In this document: piece by piece, positions 28,265 through 35,802 of the stretch
Layout of the letters: each line of letters opens with the position of its first letter
How positions within the stretch are numbered: position 1 is the first letter of the stretch
Assembly (NCBI GenBank): GCA_025964255.1
Contig: JAOPZF010000188.1
Location: 3,374-67,373, forward strand
From: Solirubrobacterales bacterium
GTDB lineage: Bacteria; Actinomycetota; Thermoleophilia; Solirubrobacterales; 70-9
Direction of reading: 5' to 3'
DNA: 64,000 nucleotides
Position numbers and translations under genes: made by a program
Notes under the pieces: generated by a model
Database searches by the model: none
The model's input: only the letters and a program-made list of their open reading frames with translations
Told to the model about the DNA's origin: nothing

Positions 28265-28309
28265 CGGTCTACGAAACCGAAGGTCACTGGTCGAATCCAG
28301 TCGGGCGCA
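28265..28309 (+). repeat. direct repeat B of the tRNA-Arg 3' half (att-like)
   Basis: cggtctacgaaaccgaaggtcactgg-tcgaatccagtcgggcgca. Identical to 18294..18338 except for a 1-nt deletion. Confidence 0.9.
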
Positions 28310-28518
28310 TCCGCGCAAGCCCGCTTGGGAAGCGGAATGCGTTCCGCGGTGATCATCCGCCGGGACCCGAAAAAGGGTCATGGGGCACGCCCTGGGGCAC
28401 GGTGAGGTCCGCCGCAGGCCTTGAGAAGCCGTGCTCGTTCCACCTATGTACGTCGGGATCGACCATGCGCCGCGTGGCGGACGGGCTGGCGGCGCCCGTC
28501 AGAAGGAGGAACCGTCGC

Positions 28519-28701
28519 ATGGACGAGATCGCCGGCGAGAGGACCAACCAAGCCCGCGACCGACGACACGAGGCATCGGTCCTCGCAGGGGTCCTCTATC
28601 TCCACCCGACTCACATCACCGAACGCGAACTGCTCCTGAGCCTCTTCGCCGAGCGCCCCGAGGTCGACGCCGGTGCCTCGGTCCCATCCAGCTTCGGGTA
28701 A
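28519..28701 (+). CDS. small hypothetical protein (60 aa)
   Basis: Strong SD AAGGAGGA 9 nt upstream of the ATG. No recognisable family. Confidence 0.3.
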   Translation: MDEIAGERTNQARDRRHEASVLAGVLYLHPTHITERELLLSLFAERPEVDAGASVPSSFG

Positions 28702-28754
28702 AGTTCGTCTGGGGAGTGCAGCCCGGTCTCGGGATTCCGGAAAGCCGATGAGAG

Positions 28755-30794
28755 GTGGTCGCGATGGGGCGTGGCGGGCAGTGGTGGCGATCCTTGCGCG
28801 AGGCGTCCGGCCGGTTCGCGATCGGTGTGGCAGCGGCCCTGGTCGGGCTGGCGATCATCGCGACGGGCGCCTCGGCGGCGACCCTCACGGTCAACACGCT
28901 CGCAGACAACCCGGCCACGTCGACCTCGACCGAGTGCTCGGGCGTCGCGTCTGACTGCTCGCTGCGCCAGGCGCTGGACAAGGCCGCGGCGGGCGACACG
29001 ATCACCTTCGACGTCACCGGCACGATCACGCTGAACCAGGCCAACGGCCCGCTGCTGGTCCACACCACCGTCACGATCAACGGCCCGGGAGCCTCGCGGC
29101 TGGCCATCGACGGCGGCGGCAGCACCCGGATCCTGAACGTCTATGGACCCTCTGGGCCATCCTCTGGGCCCTCGCAGCTGAGCATCTCCGGCCTCACGCT
29201 TCAGAACGGCATGGCCACCGAGGGAGGCGCGATCTACGTCTCGGGCAGCGGTGGAGTGGCGGTCGACTCCGCTGCGTTTGCCGACGACACCGCTCAGGGC
29301 GGCGGCTCATACGGTCTCGGCGGCGCGATCGCCACCGGCGCGAGCTCCACCGAAGACAGAGGTTTCGCGTCCGTGTCGGTCAAGGACAGCAGCTTCACGG
29401 GCAACAGTGCAACGGGCGCTACGTACGCCGACGGAGGCGCGATCTACGTCGACGGGAGGCTGAGCATCGAGGGCAGCACGTTTGCGGGCAATACCGCCAC
29501 GTACACCGGCGGTTGCTGCGGCGACCCCGAAGGCGGCGCGGTCTATCTGCTGGACTTGCCGGGATCGATCTCCAACAGCACGTTCACGGGCAACAGCACC
29601 GCCGGTGGCTACGGCGGAGGCGGCGCGCTGTACGTGCCGTACACGACGCTGACCGACGACACGATCGACGGCAACACCGCCACCGGGATCGGCGGGGGAA
29701 TCGCCGGCGAAGGCGTGGTCGCGTACGGGACGATCCTCTCGGGCAACATCGGCTTCACGAACGGGGGCAACGGACAGCCGAACGACTGCAGTCAGGTGCT
29801 GGCCAATGGGGCCTCGACGACGAGCTACTTGCTCGCGGGAGGCTCCTGCATAGGGCGGCCTCTTTCGGTCGATCCGATGCTCGGGGCGCTGACAGACAAC
29901 GGCGGCCCTACGCAGACGCAGGCGATCACCCCGAGCAGCCCCGCCTATGGCGCGGTGCCGGCGGACGTGTGCGACGCGGCGCCGTTCCTGCGGGTCGATC
30001 AAAGGGGCCTCCCGCGCCCGGGGACCGGTGAGGCGAACTGCGACATCGGCGCCTACGAGTACCAGGCCTCGCCCACCTCGATATCGCTCGCGTCCTCCGA
30101 GGACCCTTCGCCGACCGGCGGTCAGGTGAGTTTCACCGCGACGGTCTCCCCGACCCCCGACGGCGGCACGGTGGCGTTCACGGACGGTGGCACCCCGATC
30201 AGCGGATGCGGGACGGTGCCGGTCTCCGCAAGCGGGCAGGCGATCTGCGGGGTGACCTACGCAGCGGCCGGATCGCACTCGATCGCGGCCGGCTATTCGG
30301 GCGACGCGAGCTTCGCCTCCTCGACCTCCCCGACGCTGGACCAAGTGGTGCAGCCGGCACCCGCAACCGAGAGCGGTGGTGGCGGTGGCACCGGCGGCGG
30401 CGGCACGAATTCCGGTGGTGGCGGCAGTCCGAGCCAGACACGGACGCTCACCGCGCGGATCGGCAACCAGCAGATCACGCTCGTGACCTCGCCGACGTCG
30501 ACCTGCGTCGCCAGATCAGGACCGCTGGACGCGACTCTGATCTCATCGGCGATCCCTGGATCTAAGGCCGCCAGATTGAGGTTCACCAAGGCTGCGTTCT
30601 CGTTCGACCGAGGCGTCCCGAACCACACGGTCGGCCGCCTCCCTACGGACGTCTCCTTGAGCCTCGCCGGGCTGAACCGCGGATCGCACACGCTCAGGGT
30701 CAAGCTTTCCTATCTCGACTCGGTCACGCGGAGAGGACACCACCACACCGTGACGGTGTCCAAGACGCTCAGCCTCACGTTCAACGTCTGCTGA
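28755..30794 (+). CDS. secreted CSLREA-domain / right-handed beta-helix repeat protein with C-terminal Ig-like domain
   Basis: Signal/TM segment, then TLTVNTLAD...CSLRQALDKAAAGDTITF (CSLREA motif). Repeated GGAIY/GNSATG beta-helix turns. An Ig-like segment (VSFTATVSP...GSHSIAAGYSGDASF). Confidence 0.75.
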   Translation: MVAMGRGGQWWRSLREASGRFAIGVAAALVGLAIIATGASAATLTVNTLADNPATSTSTECSGVASDCSLRQALDKAAAGDTITFDVTGTITLNQANGPLLVHTTVTINGPGASRLAIDGGGSTRILNVYGPSGPSSGPSQLSISGLTLQNGMATEGGAIYVSGSGGVAVDSAAFADDTAQGGGSYGLGGAIATGASSTEDRGFASVSVKDSSFTGNSATGATYADGGAIYVDGRLSIEGSTFAGNTATYTGGCCGDPEGGAVYLLDLPGSISNSTFTGNSTAGGYGGGGALYVPYTTLTDDTIDGNTATGIGGGIAGEGVVAYGTILSGNIGFTNGGNGQPNDCSQVLANGASTTSYLLAGGSCIGRPLSVDPMLGALTDNGGPTQTQAITPSSPAYGAVPADVCDAAPFLRVDQRGLPRPGTGEANCDIGAYEYQASPTSISLASSEDPSPTGGQVSFTATVSPTPDGGTVAFTDGGTPISGCGTVPVSASGQAICGVTYAAAGSHSIAAGYSGDASFASSTSPTLDQVVQPAPATESGGGGGTGGGGTNSGGGGSPSQTRTLTARIGNQQITLVTSPTSTCVARSGPLDATLISSAIPGSKAARLRFTKAAFSFDRGVPNHTVGRLPTDVSLSLAGLNRGSHTLRVKLSYLDSVTRRGHHHTVTVSKTLSLTFNVC

Positions 30795-31095
30795 GGTCGT
30801 TCCCCGCGCGCGCGGCAGCCGCGCGGAGAGACAGCCGGCCGGCGCTCAGGCGACACGATCGCGTGGCCGAGCGGGCTCGGCACGGCGCCTGAACCGCCGT
30901 GCGCCGAGACGTGCCGGCGGCGGTGTGCCGGGCGGCGGCGAGAGAGGGCTTGGCGGCCACGTTCTGCGCAGTCGATAGGGGGCTGGTTCGCGCCCCGGTC
31001 AAGGCCGGCGGTCCGCCATCCCCGGACTTCGAGGAGATGCTCACACTCCCCGGAGGGTGAGATCGAGTCACCTTCTGCGGGGAAACGATCACGGT

Positions 31096-31133
31096 GAAAC
31101 CGAAGGTCACTGGTTCGAATCCAGTCGGGCGCA
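31096..31133 (+). repeat. direct repeat C of the tRNA-Arg 3' end (att-like)
   Basis: gaaaccgaaggtcactggttcgaatccagtcgggcgca is an exact match to 18301..18338. Confidence 0.9.
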
Positions 31134-31678
31134 TTCCTGCGCGTGCCGTACGACGCCGCGCTTTCCCGGTCCAGAGCCAAACCCTCAGCTCGAGGACTGA
31201 TCAGCGTTCCGGCGGCTCCGGATGCTGGCGATCATCTGCTCCGGCTGCTCGAACTGCCGATGACCGTTGGCGATTGGCTTTGGATCAACGAAACCTATGA
31301 ACGAAAGCGTCGGGGTCCCTGGAGGTCGTCGAGTCGGAGATTCGTTTTCGCGCAAGTCCAGCACCAGGGCAAATCAGTCAACTCTTCGGGGCCGTGGTCA
31401 AAGCGCTTTGGAAACGCGTCGACAGGCGCAGAAAACTAAAGGTTGGAGAGACGAAGCGGCGCTGGGCCGGATCAACAAGCGGCGGAATCGGATCGCTCAC
31501 GCTGGCGATCGTGTCGCAGAGGGAGAGCGACCACTTCTAGCAATGAGGTCAACGCAGATCTCAGCTGCATCGTTGAGCGATACGGTCAGCGACCGACTCT
31601 TCCTGAGAGCAACGGGAGGAGGCGGGCTTGGGGCAACTGCCCGGTGCCGGAGCCCTTAGCGCCACGAATCGACGCCGG

Positions 31679-31990
31679 TCAACCGCAGCTCGTGGCGCTC
31701 GCCAACGCTCGACAGACCGCATCCATCTTCGCCGCGCCCAACTCCGTGATGCGCTTGGTTAGATGGATCTTCTCGGCCGACAGCGTGTTCTCGGCGATGA
31801 GAAAACAGATCGTCGGCATCCCGTCCTCCGGTCCGACTTCGACCTCGGTCAGCCAGTCGTGCGCCGTTCTGCTCGCGGGCATCGCCACGACATCGAGCGC
31901 GCGGGCGGTTACGTCGTCGCGGGTGAGGACGAGGACCGGTCGTGGCTTTTCGTCCGGCGGCTCGTGCCACCAGACCTCGCCCCGCCTCAC
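31679..31990 (-). CDS. type II toxin, PemK/MazF family
   Basis: RRGEVWW...PRPVLVLTRD N-terminal signature. GTG start overlaps the antitoxin stop (GTGA). Confidence 0.75.
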   Translation of the reverse strand: MRRGEVWWHEPPDEKPRPVLVLTRDDVTARALDVVAMPASRTAHDWLTEVEVGPEDGMPTICFLIAENTLSAEKIHLTKRITELGAAKMDAVCRALASATSCG

Positions 31991-32211
31991 TGCGGTCGAA
32001 ACTCCTCCCAGGAGAGACCGGCTTTCGCTTCGTCCTCCGTCATGTGGCGGAGGACGCCGCGCGACGCTCGTGCGCTGAACTGCTCCAGCTCGGCCAAATC
32101 ATCGGGATCCCGCTCGCCCTCAACAGTTTGCTGCAGCCGCTGGTACTCGACTGCCAGCTCTTCCTCGGAGAGCCGATCGAGGAGCTTCTCGACTTTCTCA
32201 CGGGTCGTCAT
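31987..32211 (-). CDS. antitoxin (DUF2281-like N-terminus) of the MazF-family toxin
   Basis: 74 aa, MTTREKVEKLLDRLSEEEL..., acidic. Has a 4-nt overlap with the toxin gene. Confidence 0.6.
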   Translation of the reverse strand: MTTREKVEKLLDRLSEEELAVEYQRLQQTVEGERDPDDLAELEQFSARASRGVLRHMTEDEAKAGLSWEEFRPQ

Positions 32212-32324
32212 CTTGGAACAGGGTACCGGCCAACTCCGTTTCGGGCTGACATTTCGACTGCACTGATCGGGTCGCATTTCGGTCGCATCGAGGCGGCGAG
32301 ACCGCCTGGTGAGCCGAGGTATCC

Positions 32325-32369
32325 CGGTCTACGAACCGAAGGTCACTGGTTCGAATCCAGTCGGGCGCA
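32325..32369 (+). repeat. direct repeat D of the tRNA-Arg 3' half (att-like)
   Basis: cggtctacgaa-ccgaaggtcactggttcgaatccagtcgggcgca. Identical to the tRNA 3' half except for a 1-nt deletion. Confidence 0.9.
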
Positions 32370-32577
32370 TTCCTCTGCGCCCCCGTGGGATGCCTGGCCA
32401 GCGAGATCGACTTCGACTCGACCCTCGTCGGGGCAGCGAGAAGTTGGTGCGTCTCGTCGTCGAAGATCAGCGGCTCGAGGACCCGAGTGAAGCTGGTCTG
32501 ACCTGATCTGGCTCGTCTTCGCGGTGTTCTGGGCGCAGGGCCAAGCTGCGTGAGCGAGAACCTCATAGCCTGGCGGG

Positions 32578-33381
32578 ATGGCTGCCCCCTCCGATCGACC
32601 TCACCCGGACCCCGCCCCGCTCGCCGGCCGGGTCGCCCTCGTCAGCGGCGCCGGCAGCGCCGAGGGCATCGGCTTCTCGATCGCCCGGCGTCTGGCCGGC
32701 GACGGCGCGGCGGTGGCTGTCGGCGCCACGGGCCCGCACGTCCTCGAGCGCGTGCGGGAACTGGTCGCCGAGGGAGCGACGGCGGCCGGCTTCCAGGCCG
32801 ACCTGCGCGACCGCGAAGCGGCGGCGGAAGCCGTCGCCGACATCGTCGCCACGCTCGGCCCTGTCGACGTCCTCGTCAACAACGCCGGCATGGGCACCCG
32901 CGCCGAGCCCGCCCCGGCGGCGCGACTCGTCGACCTCGATCCCGAGGACTGGGATCGCCAGCTGCAGATGACCCTGACCAGCGCCTTCAACGTCACCCGC
33001 CTGCTCCTGCCGGGGATGCTCGAGCGCGGCTGGGGGCGGGTCATCAACATCGGTTCGGTCACCGGGCCGCTGGTCAGCTACGCGGGCCAGTCCGCCTACG
33101 CGGCGGCCAAGGGGGGGCTCGACGGGCTGATGCGCACCGCGGCGATCGAGAGCGCCGCCGGGGGCGTGACCGTCAACACCGTCGCCCCGGGCTGGATCGC
33201 GACCGCGGCGAGCAGCGAGGAGGAGATCGCCGCCGGCGACGCCAGCCCGCTCGGCCGTCCCGGCCGGCCGCGCGAGGTCGCCGCCGCGGTCGCCTTCCTG
33301 GCATCCCCTGACGCCGGCTACATCACCGGCCATTCGTTGGTCGTCGATGGGGGCAACAGCGTGGCGGAGGACCACCGCTGA
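32578..33381 (+). CDS. SDR family oxidoreductase (FabG-like)
   Basis: VALVSGAGSAEGIG, NNAG and YAAAKGG motifs. Confidence 0.85.
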   Translation: MAAPSDRPHPDPAPLAGRVALVSGAGSAEGIGFSIARRLAGDGAAVAVGATGPHVLERVRELVAEGATAAGFQADLRDREAAAEAVADIVATLGPVDVLVNNAGMGTRAEPAPAARLVDLDPEDWDRQLQMTLTSAFNVTRLLLPGMLERGWGRVINIGSVTGPLVSYAGQSAYAAAKGGLDGLMRTAAIESAAGGVTVNTVAPGWIATAASSEEEIAAGDASPLGRPGRPREVAAAVAFLASPDAGYITGHSLVVDGGNSVAEDHR

Positions 33382-33430
33382 GCTTCGACCGCCGCGCTGC
33401 CCTCGGGCCCCGGAACTTCGATCTACCGCT

Positions 33431-34888
33431 CTAGATTGTCTCCCCTTCGGCGATCTCCGCACGCCCGTTTCCGGCCGCCAGCCACTGCTGCAGAAGATGC
33501 GCCGTCATCGGCTGGGCAAACAGGAAGCCTTGGACAGCGTCGCATCCCATGCGCGCCAACTGCTCCAACTCCTCGCGAGTCTCCACACCCTCCGCGGTAA
33601 TTCGAAGATCGAGTTGTCGCCCGAGGTCGATTATCGACCGGACCACTCGCATTGTGCGCTGGTCGGATCCCATCCCGGCGACAAATGAGCGATCGATCTT
33701 GAGCTCGTCCAGAGGCAGCAGGCTGAGGCGACCCAATGAGGAGTAGCCGGTACCGAAGTCATCGATCGAGATGGTGACGCCGAGCTCGCGAAGCTCGGCG
33801 AGCCTGCGAGCCGCGTTCGCTCCCTCGGCGCTCATGAGCCCGCTCTCGGTGACCTCCAAAGTGAGCATGGCCGCCGGGAGCCCGGAACTGTTGAGCGCCC
33901 GGGTCACCTGGTCGACGACGTTATCTCCGGCCAGCGCCGGGGCGGAGATATTGACCGCGACCGGGAGCTCCAGGCCCTCGTCCCGCCAGTGCGCACAGGC
34001 CGCGGTCGCCTGCTCGAGCACCGTGTCGGTGAACTTATCCAGCAGCCGGCTGCCCTCCAGCAACGGGACGAACACGCCGGGTCCGAGAAGTCCTCGCTCG
34101 GGATGGTTCCAGCGCACCAACGCCTCGGCTCCGAGCACCGTGCTCGGCGGGATCGAGAACTGCGGCTGGAACAACAGCTGCAGCTCGTCGCGGTCCATCG
34201 CGACATCCAGGCGGGCCAGCGTGCGCTCCCGCTCGCGGTCCTGTCTCGTCGGCAAGCGCTGGACCATCCAGGTCATCAGCGGCACCAATGCCGCAAAGAG
34301 GAGAACGGCACCGATCCCGACCGCCAGATAAAGCTTCTCCCGAACGTTGTCGAGCTGACTCTCCACTGCCGGGCGTGGCAACGTGATCTCGGCCACGAAG
34401 CGCCGCCCGCTCGTTCCGAATGCCACCGCCGTACGGACATCGAGGATGCCCTGATCGTTGGCGACGACGGCTTGGCCCCGGTTCGTCCGCAAAGCCGTTC
34501 GCGCCAGGGTCGGGAGGGGCGCGGACGAACTCGTGCTCCTGTGGCCCGCCGCGTCGCTGAAGAGAAGACGCCCGGCCGGGTCCCACACGAGGACGCCCTT
34601 CAGGCCCAATATCGACCGAGCGGCGGAGAACTGCGCTTCGGCGGCAACCACGTCGGCATGGCTGAGGCGGCCATCGCTGATCGCCCCCGCGAAGGCGACC
34701 TCCGCGAGGAGTTCGCCGTCGTGGATCGCGCTGCTCCGGCCACTTTCGATCATGCCGTCTTCGGCGATCGAGGTCGCCACGAACGCGCCCCCGGCGCCGA
34801 TCAGCAAGGCGAGCAGAGCGAGCAAGACCACCAGGCGCCGCCTGCCGGTCTTGCTGAGGTGTCGCCGAACGTCAATTGACTCAGTCAA
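33431..34888 (-). CDS. membrane-anchored EAL-domain protein (putative c-di-GMP phosphodiesterase) with a periplasmic-type sensor region
   Basis: Two TM segments flank an approximately 190-aa region. EAL domain motifs: QPQF...GAEALVRW, ELTES-like LEVTESG, DDFGTGYSSL, KIDRSF, EGVET. Start uncertain (TTG 34888, GTG 34831 or TTG 34825). Confidence 0.8.
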   Translation of the reverse strand: MTESIDVRRHLSKTGRRRLVVLLALLALLIGAGGAFVATSIAEDGMIESGRSSAIHDGELLAEVAFAGAISDGRLSHADVVAAEAQFSAARSILGLKGVLVWDPAGRLLFSDAAGHRSTSSSAPLPTLARTALRTNRGQAVVANDQGILDVRTAVAFGTSGRRFVAEITLPRPAVESQLDNVREKLYLAVGIGAVLLFAALVPLMTWMVQRLPTRQDRERERTLARLDVAMDRDELQLLFQPQFSIPPSTVLGAEALVRWNHPERGLLGPGVFVPLLEGSRLLDKFTDTVLEQATAACAHWRDEGLELPVAVNISAPALAGDNVVDQVTRALNSSGLPAAMLTLEVTESGLMSAEGANAARRLAELRELGVTISIDDFGTGYSSLGRLSLLPLDELKIDRSFVAGMGSDQRTMRVVRSIIDLGRQLDLRITAEGVETREELEQLARMGCDAVQGFLFAQPMTAHLLQQWLAAGNGRAEIAEGETI

Positions 34889-34893
34889 TTGAC
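34871..34893. promoter_or_regulatory. tandem palindromic operator GTCAATTGAC-tca-GTCAATTGAC in the divergent EAL / XRE-MEDS intergenic region
   Basis: Two perfect 10-bp palindromes at 34871..34880 and 34884..34893 (13-bp spacing), directly upstream of the HTH regulator gene. Confidence 0.6.
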
Positions 34894-34923
34894 AACACGG
34901 TAACACGTGCCAGAATTCGACAG

Positions 34924-35673
34924 ATGGGGGGTAAACCGGACAATGGGGCAGTCGCGCTTCGGATGAAGGCCGCTCGGGGTCGGGCCGGGATGTCTCGTGA
35001 GGAGCTGGCGGTGCAGAGCGGCTTGAGCTGGTCGGCCATCGCGCAAATCGAGGATGGCCGTCGTCCCCATCCCCGCGCCGACACGCTGGGTGCGCTGGCG
35101 CCAGCCTTGGGGGTGAGCGTCGACTATCTCTTAGGTAACGATGGTACGGCCGCCGCGCTGCTCGACCACCAAGCCCTGATCTACGCCGATGTAGCCGCCT
35201 TCGTCGAGACGGCCGCTCCGTTTCTGCAGGAGGGTGCCGAAACGGGGGAGGCGATCTTGGTGGTCGCCGATCCTGAGAACGTCGAAGGCTTGAGAGAGGC
35301 CCTTGGCCGCCCGGCGGCAAAGATCCACTTCGGCGATTGGCAGACGTGGTATGCCTCACCCCGGAAAGCGCTGCTCGGATACCGGCAGTTCGCAACCGAG
35401 GCGCTGGATGCGGGAGCGCCCTGGGTCCGCATCGTCGGCGAGCCGGTCTGGGCCGACCGGACTCGCGACGAGATCGATACCTGGGTGCGGTACGAGGCGC
35501 TGATCAATCTGGCCTTCGCCGCGCTGCCGATGAGCCTGATCTGTCCCTACAACGAGAGGGTGGTCGACCCAGAGATCCTCCGCAACGCCCGGATGACCCA
35601 TTGCCGCTGCCTCGAGCGCGGCCAGAGCACGGAGAACCCGGACTTCGGGGATCCCTTGGACTTCTGCCTTTAG
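34924..35673 (+). CDS. XRE-family HTH regulator fused to a MEDS (DcmR-like sensory) domain
   Basis: HTH MSREELAVQSGLSWSAIAQIEDGRR. The C-terminal part resembles MEDS (HQALIY..FLQEG...GEAILVVA...RIVGEPVW...EALINLAF). ATG 34924 is preferred over TTG 34876, which lies inside the palindrome. Confidence 0.7.
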   Translation: MGGKPDNGAVALRMKAARGRAGMSREELAVQSGLSWSAIAQIEDGRRPHPRADTLGALAPALGVSVDYLLGNDGTAAALLDHQALIYADVAAFVETAAPFLQEGAETGEAILVVADPENVEGLREALGRPAAKIHFGDWQTWYASPRKALLGYRQFATEALDAGAPWVRIVGEPVWADRTRDEIDTWVRYEALINLAFAALPMSLICPYNERVVDPEILRNARMTHCRCLERGQSTENPDFGDPLDFCL

Positions 35674-35802
35674 CCGGCGTCGCCGGCGCAGCGGTCAGCC
35701 CGACAAAGAGAACACACGGTGAAGGCGTGCCGGCAAGGGGCCGACAACTCGACCGGTTCCAGATGCGAACGCCGTCAATTTCGATAGTTTCCTTGTCAAG
35801 CG

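Larger units (their letters stand above)
18339..28309. mobile_element. islet 1: integrase-less genomic (defence) island between the tRNA-Arg and the first 3'-half repeat
   Basis: Bounded by the intact tRNA and a 45-nt direct repeat of its 3' half. Visibly lower GC. Cargo is made of restriction and defence genes. Confidence 0.6.
28310..31133. mobile_element. islet 2 between tRNA-fragment repeats B and C
   Basis: Flanked by direct repeats. The region downstream of repeat B resembles the region downstream of the tRNA, including the TGGGGCACG pair. Confidence 0.5.
31134..32369. mobile_element. islet 3 between repeats C and D (TA module plus gene remnants)
   Basis: Flanked by direct repeats. The only intact genes are a toxin-antitoxin pair. 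Confidence 0.5.

Noticed and set aside
32370-32577. The minus-strand ORF 32198..32566 (FTRVLEPLIFDDETHQLL...), considered as an integrase remnant next to repeat D.
   Set aside because: It reads through the tRNA fragment and has no recombinase motif. Its composition is not convincingly coding.
33431-35395. 654-aa version of the EAL gene.
   Set aside because: The extra about 170 N-terminal codons are Arg/Pro-rich. They overlap the XRE-MEDS gene on the opposite strand and cross the palindromic operator. The gene was trimmed to the region starting just before the first TM helix.
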